This document shows, piece after piece, positions 37,463-49,301 of a stretch of 64,000 nucleotides of DNA. The notes under the pieces are model-generated. The model was not told the origin of the DNA. It did no database searches and saw only the letters and a list, made by a program, of their open reading frames with translations. A program made the position numbers and the translations under genes. The first letter of the stretch is position 1; each line of letters opens with the position of its first letter. This stretch comes from Pseudomonadales bacterium (GTDB lineage Bacteria > Pseudomonadota > Gammaproteobacteria > Pseudomonadales > Pseudohongiellaceae). The stretch is from NCBI GenBank assembly GCA_028281635.1, contig JANQJM010000052.1, forward strand, positions 86 through 64,085, written 5' to 3'.

Positions 37463-38434
37463 TTGCAGCCCCGCGAAATCCTGAGCAATTCTAATACCGT
37501 GAGTACCACCAACGACCTCTCAACATTCCAGGGGCTAATCCTGGCTTTACAGCAATTTTGGGCTGAAAAGGGTTGTGTGGTTCTGCAACCTTTGGACCTG
37601 GAAGTAGGTGCAGGAACTTTCCATCCTGCTACTTTCCTGCGTGCAATCGGCCCTGAAAGTTGGAACACCGCTTACGTGCAGCCCTGCCGTCGACCCACGG
37701 ATGGGCGTTATGGTGAGAACCCCAATCGCCTACAACACTACTATCAGTTTCAGGTGATTCTCAAACCATCGCCCAAAGACATCCAGGAATTGTATTTGGA
37801 TTCGTTGAGGAGTCTGGGAATTGACATGTCTATCCACGATGTGAGGTTTGTTGAAGACAATTGGGAATCTCCCACACTCGGCGCATGGGGACTTGGTTGG
37901 GAAGTTTGGCTTAACGGCATGGAGGTAACTCAGTTCACTTACTTCCAACAAGTGGGAGGTCTGGAATGCCATCCAGTGAGCGGGGAAATCACCTACGGAA
38001 TCGAACGCATCGCGATGTACCTGCAAGGCGTGGACAGTATTTATGACATCGTCTGGACCGGTGGCCCAGCAGGAAAAGTGACTTATGGTGATGTGTTCAA
38101 GCAAAACGAGGTGGAGATGTCGGCCTTTAATTTTGAGCATGCAGATGTGGATAAGTTGTTTCGCTATTTCGATGAATGTGAATCTCTATGCAACGACCTG
38201 CTGGAGAAACAACTCGCACTGCCTGCATACGAACAAGTTTTGAAGGCCTCACACTATTTTAATTTGCTCGACGCCCGTAATGCGATCTCTGTCACCGAAC
38301 GCCAACGCTTTATCCTGCGGGTGCGGAGCCTGGCCCGAGCCGTCGCTGAAACTTATTTTGAGAGTCGCAAACAGCTAGGGTTTCCTCTGGCCCCTGAGGA
38401 GTTGCGACGACAGTACCTGGATTCCAATTCCTGA
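37463..38434 (+). CDS. glyQ: Glycine--tRNA ligase alpha subunit
   Basis: [18 protein letters not shown] and the rest of the highly conserved GlyQ core. The start is TTG 37463 or GTG 37499. Confidence 0.95.
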   Translation: MQPREILSNSNTVSTTNDLSTFQGLILALQQFWAEKGCVVLQPLDLEVGAGTFHPATFLRAIGPESWNTAYVQPCRRPTDGRYGENPNRLQHYYQFQVILKPSPKDIQELYLDSLRSLGIDMSIHDVRFVEDNWESPTLGAWGLGWEVWLNGMEVTQFTYFQQVGGLECHPVSGEITYGIERIAMYLQGVDSIYDIVWTGGPAGKVTYGDVFKQNEVEMSAFNFEHADVDKLFRYFDECESLCNDLLEKQLALPAYEQVLKASHYFNLLDARNAISVTERQRFILRVRSLARAVAETYFESRKQLGFPLAPEELRRQYLDSNS

Positions 38435-40509
38435 TGTCTACTCGTGACCTTCTTATAGAGATTGGTACTGAAGAGCTGCCACCCAAGTCGCTTGCCGGAT
38501 TGTCCGCCGCGTTTGAAGACTCTGTCTGTCAACAGCTGAAGGCAAAGTCTCTACAATTCGACGCTTGTCAGCGCTTTGCCACACCTCGCCGCTTGGCGCT
38601 TCTGCTTACGCGACTACAGGAGTCGCAGGCTGACCAGGAAAACACGCGCTTTGGCCCAGCGGTCAAGGCAGCGTTTGATGACAATGGCAATCCGAAACCT
38701 GCGGCTGAAGGTTTCGCTCGATCCTGCGGAGTATCTGTTGAAAACCTGCAACGCACTGAAAAGGATGGAGTAGAAAAGCTCAGCTACACCATACTGGAGA
38801 AAGGCGTGGCGACAAAAGAGTTAGTGCCGGATATTGTTATGCAGGCACTGGGCCAGTTGCCGATTCCCAAACGCATGCGTTGGGGCAGTTCCCGTACTGA
38901 ATTTGTTCGGCCGGTACACTGGTGTGTATTGCTGTTTGGGGAGGAGCTTATCGAGGGCACAATTCTGGATGTAGAAAGTAGCAACACTACTTTTGGACAT
39001 CGATTCCATAGTGAAGGGGCGCTAACGCTGACCAAAGCACAGGACTATGAAACCTTGTTGGAGACTCAAGGCAAGGTCATTCCCCGTTTTGAGAAACGCA
39101 AAGAACTAATTCGAGAACAAGTGTTGGCGGAGGCTGAACGGGCAAACGCAAATGCCGTTATTGAAGATGCATTGCTGAATGAAGTGACTGCACTAGTGGA
39201 ATTGCCCGTGGCAATGACCGGTGATTTCGATGTGGACTATTTGCAAGTACCACAAGAAGCTCTAGTTCTGGCCATGAAGTCCCACCAGAAGTGCTTCAAT
39301 CTAGTGGACGATAATCAAAGGCTGCTACCCAAGTTCATCACCATCAGCAACCTGGAAAGTAAAGATCCAGCACAAGTGATTGAAGGCAATGAGCGGGTAA
39401 TTCGACCTCGTCTGGCTGATGCACGTTTCTTCTTCGAAACTGACAAGCAATCGCCCTTGGCTTCGCGCTATGAACAACTTGGAAATCTAGTTTTTCAGGA
39501 CAAGCTGGGTACCGTAAAAGACAAGTGTGAGCGAGTCAGCAAGCTGGCCAGCGCGCTGGCATCTCAAACCAATGGAAATCAGAACTATTGTGAAAGGGCC
39601 GCCAGGTTATCTAAATGTGACCTGTTGACCAATATGGTCGGAGAGTTCGCCGATCTGCAGGGGCTCATGGGTTACTACTATGCCTTGAATGATGGCGAAC
39701 CAAAAGAAGTGGCCCAGGCAATTAATGAACAGTATCAACCCCGATTTGCAGGAGATGCTGTTCCAGATTCGCTTACCGGTGCGCTGCTAGCCATTTCCGA
39801 TAAACTGGATTCCATAGTTGGACTCTTCGGTATTGGCCAGCCCCCTACTGGATCAAAAGATCCCTTCGCCTTACGCCGAGCAGCCATTGGCGTACTTCGA
39901 ATAATGATTGAAAAGGAGCTGACCCTGGATCTGGCTTCCTGCATAGAGATTGCTCTGGAAAACTTTTCAGGCAAAGACTTCGAAGCAGATACCGCTGCGA
40001 AAGTTTTTGAATTTATGTTGGATCGTTTTCGAGCCTGGTATCTCGACGAGGGTATTTCAGCAGAAGAATTTCAGTCGGTCTTCGAACTCAGACCCACCAG
40101 CCCCCTGGATTTCCACCAACGAATTCAGGCAGTGCACCACTTTAACTCACTGCCGGAAGCCGCGGCTTTGGCGGCAGCCAACAAACGAGTTTCCAACATC
40201 CTCTCCAAAGAAGAGGTCGGTGGCGACACTGCAATCGATGAGACGTTACTCACGGATATGGCAGAATCCGATCTGTTTAAGCTACTTGGTGCAGTGGAAA
40301 AAGAGGTAGGGCCTCTTTTCAGCGCCGGCAAATACACGGAAGGGTTGCAGGCTTTGTCGGTCATGAAAGACCCTGTAGATCGCTTTTTCGATCAGGTGCT
40401 GGTGATGGCCGATGAGGAAACAGTTCGCCGCAACCGCCTCGCATTACTAGGCAAGCTACAAGCGCTGTTTCTGCACACTGCTGATATCTCTCAACTTCAC
40501 AAAAGTTGA
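38434..40509 (+). CDS. glyS: Glycine--tRNA ligase beta subunit
   Basis: 691 aa. Its start overlaps the glyQ stop by 1 nt (TGATG). Conserved N-terminus LLIEIGTEELPPK. Confidence 0.95.
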   Translation: MSTRDLLIEIGTEELPPKSLAGLSAAFEDSVCQQLKAKSLQFDACQRFATPRRLALLLTRLQESQADQENTRFGPAVKAAFDDNGNPKPAAEGFARSCGVSVENLQRTEKDGVEKLSYTILEKGVATKELVPDIVMQALGQLPIPKRMRWGSSRTEFVRPVHWCVLLFGEELIEGTILDVESSNTTFGHRFHSEGALTLTKAQDYETLLETQGKVIPRFEKRKELIREQVLAEAERANANAVIEDALLNEVTALVELPVAMTGDFDVDYLQVPQEALVLAMKSHQKCFNLVDDNQRLLPKFITISNLESKDPAQVIEGNERVIRPRLADARFFFETDKQSPLASRYEQLGNLVFQDKLGTVKDKCERVSKLASALASQTNGNQNYCERAARLSKCDLLTNMVGEFADLQGLMGYYYALNDGEPKEVAQAINEQYQPRFAGDAVPDSLTGALLAISDKLDSIVGLFGIGQPPTGSKDPFALRRAAIGVLRIMIEKELTLDLASCIEIALENFSGKDFEADTAAKVFEFMLDRFRAWYLDEGISAEEFQSVFELRPTSPLDFHQRIQAVHHFNSLPEAAALAAANKRVSNILSKEEVGGDTAIDETLLTDMAESDLFKLLGAVEKEVGPLFSAGKYTEGLQALSVMKDPVDRFFDQVLVMADEETVRRNRLALLGKLQALFLHTADISQLHKS

Positions 40510-40530
40510 TTAATTCTTCCCGGTCACTTC

Positions 40531-41082
40531 ATGAAGACAATCGTTCTGGACAGAGACGGCGTCATCAATGAAGATTCCGATGCTTATATCAAATCTCCCG
40601 AAGAATGGACGCCGGTACCAGGCAGCCTCGAAGCAATCGCCCTTCTAACTAAACATGGATTTACAGTAACCGTGGCCACAAATCAGTCTGGGATCGCCCG
40701 GGGTTTGTTTGATGGCGTCGCACTTGCGGCGATTCATCATAAGATGTGTTCTATGGTAGAAAAAGCTGGAGGGTTTATTGACGGAGTCTTTTTCTGTCCC
40801 CATGGTCCCAATGACGGATGCAATTGCAGAAAACCTGCTACTGGATTGTTGCAGCAGATTGAAGTTGAATTCCAATGTGTGCTACCTGGCGCGTATATGG
40901 TCGGAGATAGTTTAAAAGATGTTCAGGCGGCCCAGACTTATGGTATGCAGGCTGTGCTGGTGAGAACCGGGAAAGGTGCTCAATCAGAGGCTCTGCTGGA
41001 AACCAACAAGCTAGAAGATGTGCCAGTTTACGACGATCTTCTGGCTGCAACCAAACAGCTACTTTTGTCAGGCCATGATTAA
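40531..41082 (+). CDS. gmhB: D-glycero-D-manno-heptose 1,7-bisphosphate phosphatase
   Basis: HAD motif DRDGVIN and zinc motif CPHGPNDGCNCRKP. Confidence 0.85.
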   Translation: MKTIVLDRDGVINEDSDAYIKSPEEWTPVPGSLEAIALLTKHGFTVTVATNQSGIARGLFDGVALAAIHHKMCSMVEKAGGFIDGVFFCPHGPNDGCNCRKPATGLLQQIEVEFQCVLPGAYMVGDSLKDVQAAQTYGMQAVLVRTGKGAQSEALLETNKLEDVPVYDDLLAATKQLLLSGHD

Positions 41083-41794
41083 AGTGCTGTTAGTAGTCCG
41101 TTCCGCACTTTTCTATTTTGGGTATGTGCTTGTCACCATACTCATGTCAGTTTTTTTCATTTTGTCCTTTCCGCTTCTCAGTCATCGGGGCCACTATCGG
41201 ATTGCAGCTTTTTGGTGTTTGATGATTCTGACCTGGCTCAGGTTGTGTTGTGGTGTCCGGTATGAAGTGAAGGGGCTGGAAAACATAGGGCAATCTCCTA
41301 CCGTGTATCTGTCCAACCATCAGAGCAGCTGGGAAACGCTTCTCTTTTATCGGCTGATTTACCCTTTGTCTCCCATCCTGAAGAAAGAATTGATGAACAT
41401 TCCATTCTGGGGTTGGGCACTAAGATTGACTAAGCCTATCGCCATCGATCGCAGCAAACCAAGAGAGGCAGGTAAATCCTTGCTAACACAAGGTGTCGAG
41501 CGGCTTAGAGAAGGAAGCTCAGTAATTGTTTTTCCAGAGGGGACACGCTCCAAGCCCGGTACCTTGAAACGATTCTCACGCAGCGGAGCAACTCTGGCCA
41601 CTTCGGCGACAGTACCAATCGTGCCTATAGCCCACAACGCCGGTTATTGCTGGCCCCCTCGCTCTTTCATCAAGTACCCTGGGAAAATCACCGTTGAATT
41701 CGGTCCAGCCATCGATGTTTCTGAACAATCAGTCAACGAATTGACCGAGCAGGCAGAAACATGGGTGCGGGCGCACATAGTGCTTCGTCAATAA
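41075..41794 (+). CDS. plsC: 1-acyl-sn-glycerol-3-phosphate acyltransferase
   Basis: Start trimmed to ATG 41075, which overlaps the gmhB stop by 8 nt. NHQSSWE and FPEGTRS motifs. Confidence 0.8.
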   Translation: MIKVLLVVRSALFYFGYVLVTILMSVFFILSFPLLSHRGHYRIAAFWCLMILTWLRLCCGVRYEVKGLENIGQSPTVYLSNHQSSWETLLFYRLIYPLSPILKKELMNIPFWGWALRLTKPIAIDRSKPREAGKSLLTQGVERLREGSSVIVFPEGTRSKPGTLKRFSRSGATLATSATVPIVPIAHNAGYCWPPRSFIKYPGKITVEFGPAIDVSEQSVNELTEQAETWVRAHIVLRQ

Positions 41795-41830
41795 CGAACG
41801 CTATGAAGCCAAATTAGTTAGAGGTAGAGG

Positions 41831-44278
<2,448 letters not shown>

Positions 44279-44335
44279 TCACCCCAGCTCCAGGGCGACA
44301 TTTTTGCAACGAAAACACCATAATTTGGCGAAAAA

Positions 44336-45418
44336 TCAATCCCTTATTATACCACGTTCCACGTGAAACGTGGCTAATTCAGGGCCCTCCAAATGAATGA
44401 AATCAAGCGCTGATAGATCGACGCAGGTCACGAACAGTTGGGTTTTCAGATTAAGCAATTGTGTAAGTACTCGCTCACGGTTTTCTCGGTCCAACTCAGC
44501 CGGCAAATCATCGACAAGATATAGACACTGCCGACCAATCGCTTGTGAAAGCAATTTTCCCTGGGCAATTTTCAACGCGCAGACCAGCAGCTTCTGTTGT
44601 CCTCGGGATAACAGCTCGATGGCCTTGCGCTTCCCTACTCGCATCTCGATATCGGCTCTGTGAGGCCCGAGTTGGCTGGACCCGTATTTGACGTCCTGAG
44701 CCAAATTCGCCGTCAGTGCCTCGGCGAGCCCTTTGTCTCCATCCCACCCCCTTCTATACTCGATGGCGAGGTTAGTCAGGCTCTGCCCTGACAGCTGACC
44801 ATGAACGTCTTGGAAAACAGGGATCAAGTTTTCCATGTAGGATTTTCGCGAGATGTGCATTTTCTCAGCGGAGCTAGCCAGTTCCTGATTCCATGGTTCG
44901 AGCTGGGATTCGTCGAGGGGTTGAGTTTTCAAAAGTCGGTTTCGATTGGCCAGCGCCTTTCTGCTGCGTCGCCAAGATTCAACAAAAAGAGGTTCCACGT
45001 GAAACACTCCCCAATCGAGGAATCGCCTTCGTGCTTTGGGGCCTCCCTCCAGAAGCTGAAACGAGCTGGAATCCAGAATCTGAGTCGGAATTGCTCTAGC
45101 GACCTCATCCCAATTGGTTTGCGCAGTGCCGCTGAGCTTTAGTTGGTGTTTCTGGTTACGAGGCTTCTTCAGGCCGAAGCTGGCATGTTCCGTGTTTTCA
45201 GCGAAAATAACGGCTTCCGTTGCACCCTCTCTAATCAGTGGGTCTACCAGGCTGCTTCGAAAGGACTTACCGGTGGCAAGGACATGGATGGCTTCCAGCA
45301 AGCTGGTTTTCCCGCTGCCGTTTTCACCATGGATCAGGTTCAGAAAAGGTGCTAGCTCCAAATTCGAATGTTCGATATTTCGAAATTGGCTCAATTCCAG
45401 CTTACATAGCGCACTCAT
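44336..45418 (-). CDS. recF: DNA replication and repair protein RecF
   Basis: Start trimmed to ATG 45418 (MSALCKLELSQFRNIE); the track's ATG at 45442 is also possible. Walker A GENGSGKTS. Confidence 0.93.
   Translation of the reverse strand: MSALCKLELSQFRNIEHSNLELAPFLNLIHGENGSGKTSLLEAIHVLATGKSFRSSLVDPLIREGATEAVIFAENTEHASFGLKKPRNQKHQLKLSGTAQTNWDEVARAIPTQILDSSSFQLLEGGPKARRRFLDWGVFHVEPLFVESWRRSRKALANRNRLLKTQPLDESQLEPWNQELASSAEKMHISRKSYMENLIPVFQDVHGQLSGQSLTNLAIEYRRGWDGDKGLAEALTANLAQDVKYGSSQLGPHRADIEMRVGKRKAIELLSRGQQKLLVCALKIAQGKLLSQAIGRQCLYLVDDLPAELDRENRERVLTQLLNLKTQLFVTCVDLSALDFIHLEGPELATFHVERGIIRD
44355..44370. other. parS-like site (14/16 match to TGTTNCACGTGAAACA)
   Basis: CGTTCCACGTGAAACG lies inside the recF 3' end and encodes FHVE on the minus strand. 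Confidence 0.45.
44991..45006. other. parS-like site (15/16 match to TGTTNCACGTGAAACA)
   Basis: GGTTCCACGTGAAACA lies inside recF and encodes GVFHVEP on the minus strand. Confidence 0.6.
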
Positions 45419-45448
45419 GGTTCGCGGGGTGGAAACCCCCATGAATCA

Positions 45449-46552
45449 TCACAACCGCATCGGCATAACAACATAGAGTGCATCGCTGCCTTCTTCGGCC
45501 TCCAATAGCGCACTGCTATTAGGATCCGAGAGTGTCATTTTGACATTTTTACTACTTATAGTGGAGAGCACGTCGATGAGGTAGCTAACATTGAAACCGA
45601 TTTCAATAGACTCAGCATCATAGTCAACGCCCACTACTTCTTCAGCTTCTTCCTGTTCCGGGTTATTGGCCAGAATTCTAAGCTCACCCTTATTCAGAAT
45701 AACCCTGACGCCTCGATATTTCTCGTTAGAAAGAATAGCGGCCCGGGAAAAGGCCTGGCGTAATTCCTGACACTCCCCCAACATGGTCCGGTCGCCACCT
45801 TTCGGCAGGACCCTGTTGTAATCGGGAAACTTGCCATCGACCAACTTTGAAGTGAAGGTGAACTCCGGCACTTTGGCCCGTATATGGTTCTGCCCAAAAG
45901 TAAGAACAATCTCATCAGCATCATCTTGCAGCAGACGTGCAAGTTCCATGATCCCCTTGCGGGGCAGAATTAACTGTTGTGTCTCCGAGATTGAATTGGA
46001 CATGGCTATCGTTTCCATAGCCAACCTGTGACCATCAGTAGCCACAACTCTTAAATAGTCGCTTGCCACTTCAAACAGCATTCCGTTCAGGTAGTAGCGC
46101 ACGTCTTGCTGCGCCATGGCGAAACTGGTTGCATCCAGTAGTTCGCGTAATCTGCTCTGACCAATGGCCAGAGAAAAGGTATCGGGTTCCTCTTCAACCT
46201 GAGGAAACTCGGTTGCTGGAAGGGTAGTAAGCGTAAACCGACTGCGCCCGGATTTTAGTTGTAGCTTGTTGTCTTTTAATGCGACATCGATAACGGCGTC
46301 GTCTGCCAGGGATTTACAAATATCCAAAAGTTTTCTGGCAGGAACAGTAATGGCGCCACTTTGATTAGCACTGTCCACCGCCACGCGACCAATCAGCTCG
46401 ACTTCCAGATCAGTACCTGTGAGCTCTAACTCATTACCCTCCAGTACCATCAAAACATTAGAGAGGACCGGGAGCGTCTGCCTTCTCTCAACCACACCAC
46501 TTACCAACTGCAGTGGTTTCAGGAACGCTTCACGGTTTATCGAAAATTGCAT
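45449..46552 (-). CDS. dnaN: DNA polymerase III beta sliding clamp
   Basis: 367 aa with three-domain clamp and the conserved N-terminus MQFSINREAFLKPLQ. Confidence 0.97.
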   Translation of the reverse strand: MQFSINREAFLKPLQLVSGVVERRQTLPVLSNVLMVLEGNELELTGTDLEVELIGRVAVDSANQSGAITVPARKLLDICKSLADDAVIDVALKDNKLQLKSGRSRFTLTTLPATEFPQVEEEPDTFSLAIGQSRLRELLDATSFAMAQQDVRYYLNGMLFEVASDYLRVVATDGHRLAMETIAMSNSISETQQLILPRKGIMELARLLQDDADEIVLTFGQNHIRAKVPEFTFTSKLVDGKFPDYNRVLPKGGDRTMLGECQELRQAFSRAAILSNEKYRGVRVILNKGELRILANNPEQEEAEEVVGVDYDAESIEIGFNVSYLIDVLSTISSKNVKMTLSDPNSSALLEAEEGSDALYVVMPMRL

Positions 46553-46590
46553 TTTTCTCTATTTCCCTTTATTATTCAATAGGTTACATG

Positions 46591-48015
46591 CTAGCTAGAC
46601 AGCGACCGGAGGAGGTTATTGTAGTCCTCCTGGATGTCCGTCGACGTGTGTCGCAGTTTGTTAATCTGCTTGCAGGCATGCAGTACCGTTGTATGATCTC
46701 GACCACCAAAGGCATCGCCGATTTCTGGCAGACTGTGATTCGTAAGCTCTTTCGACAGTGTCATGGCGACCTGTCGAGGACGCGCTACTGAGCGATTACG
46801 TCTTTTTGACAACATGTCGGCCATTTTGATCTTGTAATACTCGGCGACAGATCGCTGTATGTTGTCAATTGTTACCAGTTTGTCTTGCAAAGCGAATAAA
46901 TCGCGCAAGGCTTCCTTTATCAGCTCCAGATCTATAGGCGCTCCCTTGAAGTTCGCGTGGGCTATGACTCGTTTTAAGGCACCCTCCAGTTCTCGAACAT
47001 TCGAGCGCAGGCGTTGCGCGATAAAGAGCGCCGATTCGTAGGGAAGTTCGACATTACAAAGATCTGCTTTGTTCATCAGAATCGCTGCTCTTGTTTCCAG
47101 TTCAGGTGGCTCAACGGCAACGGTCAAACCCCACCCGAATCGAGACTTTAGTCGCTCTTCGAGTCCGTTGATTTCTTTATGGAATCGATCACAGGTCAAT
47201 ATTATTTGCTGCCCTCCTTCCAACAATGCGTTAAAAGTGTGGAAGAACTCTTCTTGCGAACGCTCCTTGCCCGCAAAGAACTGAATGTCGTCGATCAACA
47301 GCGCATCAACTGACCGATAGAAGCGCTTAAATTCATTGATGGCATTCAGTTGCAGGGCAGTGACCATCGTTGCCACGAAGGTCTCGGAGTGCAGATAGAC
47401 AACTTTTGCATCAGGTTTTTTATCAACCAGAAAGTTGCCTATAGCATGCATCAAATGGGTCTTACCCAAACCCACTCCACCGTAGATAAATAGGGGGTTG
47501 TAGGCATACCCGGGGTTCTCAGCAACCTGCATAGCAGCAGCGCGAGCTAGTTGATTGGATTTGCCAACGATGAAGTTATCGAAGTTGTTTTCTCGGTTAA
47601 GGGCGCCGCGATGACGCAGCTTGCCTTCGACTATGGTGTCGACGTTTTTGCGATCAACCGACACAGCTATTTGCGGTTTAGGACTGCGCCCGTTGCTGGT
47701 TACTTCCTGTGTGATTGCAGATGATGTCACTGTCGAAACTACAGTCTGCTTTCGCTCAGTGCCTCGCTTGAAATCTTCCTGTGATACTTCCAGGGAGACA
47801 TCCACCACTTCAGCGGTGATTTCAGTTAACAGCTCCCGAATGCGATCCAGAAATTTACTCTTCACCCAATCCTGGATGAAACGATTTGGCGCATACAGCA
47901 CAATAGCTTCCGCCCGCTGCTCAGCTCGTAAGGGGCGGATCCAGGTATTGAATTGTTGGGAGGGAAGTTCGTCCTTTAAATAATCAGTGCATTTCTGCCA
48001 ATGGGTTATTACCAC
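46591..48015 (-). CDS. dnaA: Chromosomal replication initiator DnaA
   Basis: 474 aa with N-terminus [27 protein letters not shown]+ Walker [11 protein letters not shown] and a C-terminal DnaA-box-binding domain ([11 protein letters not shown]). Confidence 0.97.
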   Translation of the reverse strand: MVITHWQKCTDYLKDELPSQQFNTWIRPLRAEQRAEAIVLYAPNRFIQDWVKSKFLDRIRELLTEITAEVVDVSLEVSQEDFKRGTERKQTVVSTVTSSAITQEVTSNGRSPKPQIAVSVDRKNVDTIVEGKLRHRGALNRENNFDNFIVGKSNQLARAAAMQVAENPGYAYNPLFIYGGVGLGKTHLMHAIGNFLVDKKPDAKVVYLHSETFVATMVTALQLNAINEFKRFYRSVDALLIDDIQFFAGKERSQEEFFHTFNALLEGGQQIILTCDRFHKEINGLEERLKSRFGWGLTVAVEPPELETRAAILMNKADLCNVELPYESALFIAQRLRSNVRELEGALKRVIAHANFKGAPIDLELIKEALRDLFALQDKLVTIDNIQRSVAEYYKIKMADMLSKRRNRSVARPRQVAMTLSKELTNHSLPEIGDAFGGRDHTTVLHACKQINKLRHTSTDIQEDYNNLLRSLSS

Positions 48016-48448
48016 TTTCTATTTGCCCGTGCTCTTTGTTTTTATGATTTCCTAAAATAAGTAGGCAATTCTAGCTGCGGGCAATAAAGTTATCCACTGG
48101 ACAAAGAGCCAAAACCAAGATTTTCTTTCTATTTTTTATTATTAATTTTCAATTAGTTACATGATTTCCGTTGAAAAAAACAGGGTCCCAATGAAGCCAT
48201 TTTTTCGCGTTATTATGAAACCTGTTGATAAATATCCTGTGGATAACTTGTGGGCGGCTTTTGGGCATAATTTTGCTTCTCGATTAGTATTAGAGCTTGC
48301 CGACCAATGTTCAGCAGTAGGGCTGCCCAGAAATCCCACCGACATTGCAACTTAGGGGCAAAACCACTAGAATTCCGCCTCTTTTTCAGAGCCGTTCCTG
48401 ACAATCAAGAGTAGCTCTGCAAGTGTTTGATAATCCGGAATATCTGCT
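48016..48448. other. Candidate oriC / dnaA-rpmH control region
   Basis: Perfect DnaA box TGTGGATAA at 48238-48246. One-mismatch boxes TTATCCACT (48090-48098) and TGTTGATAA (48223-48231). An AT-rich stretch of about 60 bp lies at 48121-48180. This is the Pseudomonas-type origin position. Confidence 0.45.
48238..48246. promoter_or_regulatory. Consensus DnaA box (TGTGGATAA = reverse complement of TTATCCACA)
   Basis: Exact 9/9 match read directly from the sequence. Confidence 0.7.
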
Positions 48449-48583
48449 ATGAAGCGAACATATCAGCCAAGCGTACTAAAACGGGCTCGTACCCATGGGT
48501 TTCGCGCACGAATGGCAACCAAAGGTGGGCGCCTGGTACTCAAGCGCCGTCGCGCTAAGGGTCGTGCTCGCTTGTCAGCATAA
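48449..48583 (+). CDS. rpmH: 50S ribosomal protein L34
   Basis: Absent from the ORF track because it is only 44 aa. Translates to [44 protein letters not shown]. Confidence 0.95.
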   Translation: MKRTYQPSVLKRARTHGFRARMATKGGRLVLKRRRAKGRARLSA

Positions 48584-48627
48584 TTTGTCTATTTCTGCGG
48601 TTTCTGACTGAGCACTGAGAATGGCCT

Positions 48628-48990
48628 GTGACATCTACCGGCTTTCCCAAAGCATCGCGCTTATTAAATGCCAGTGATTTCGACGCAGTCTTTGCAAAAA
48701 ACCAATTTAAGGTTGCGAATCGATATTTTCTAATTCTTGCATTAAGTAAACAGATATCGAGCGCACGGCTGGGAATGGTTGTCGCGAAAAAGAACATACC
48801 TTTAGCCGTACAACGAAATCGAATTAGACGCCTGGTAAGAGATTCTTTTCGAAACAATACAAAGAGACTGCAACAACTCGACGTTGTTGTTCTCGTCAAG
48901 AAAGGTACGGACAAGCTAGGCAATCCAGAGATTAGAAACAGCCTGGAAGCTCTGTGGAAAGATCTGGAGAAAAAGTATGTCGCTGCCTGA
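48628..48990 (+). CDS. rnpA: Ribonuclease P protein component
   Basis: 120-aa basic protein with a GTG start and FPKASRLLNASDFDAVF at the N-terminus. Conserved position after rpmH. Confidence 0.9.
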   Translation: MTSTGFPKASRLLNASDFDAVFAKNQFKVANRYFLILALSKQISSARLGMVVAKKNIPLAVQRNRIRRLVRDSFRNNTKRLQQLDVVVLVKKGTDKLGNPEIRNSLEALWKDLEKKYVAA

Positions 48991-49050
48991 CTTTCAAAAG
49001 AGCATAATTAGAGCCAGCACCGAACTAGTAATTACTGTTTCGAGACGCAA

Positions 49051-49296
49051 ATGCTAGCCCGAGTTCTCATCGCTTTGCTTAACCTCTACCAACGCAGCTT
49101 GAGCTTGTTGTTTGGTACCAACTGCCGTTTCTACCCCACCTGTTCACAATACACAAAAGAAGCTATCGCGATTCATGGTGCAACCAAGGGAGTGCTGCTC
49201 GGTACACAAAGAATATGTCGCTGCCACCCCTGGCACGAAGGTGGATTCGATCCAGTGCCTGGTTCAGAATTAGCTAAGACCGATAGCACAGAGTAA
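49051..49296 (+). CDS. yidD: Membrane protein insertion efficiency factor YidD
   Basis: YQRSLSLLFGTNCRFYPTCSQYTKEAI...CHPWHEGGFDPVP. Confidence 0.9.
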   Translation: MLARVLIALLNLYQRSLSLLFGTNCRFYPTCSQYTKEAIAIHGATKGVLLGTQRICRCHPWHEGGFDPVPGSELAKTDSTE

Positions 49297-49301
49297 AAGT
49301 T

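Noticed and set aside
48157-48404. Three overlapping 62-64-aa ORFs in the dnaA-rpmH spacer
   Set aside because: They lie in an AT-rich origin/promoter region, overlap each other on both strands, and lack an SD.
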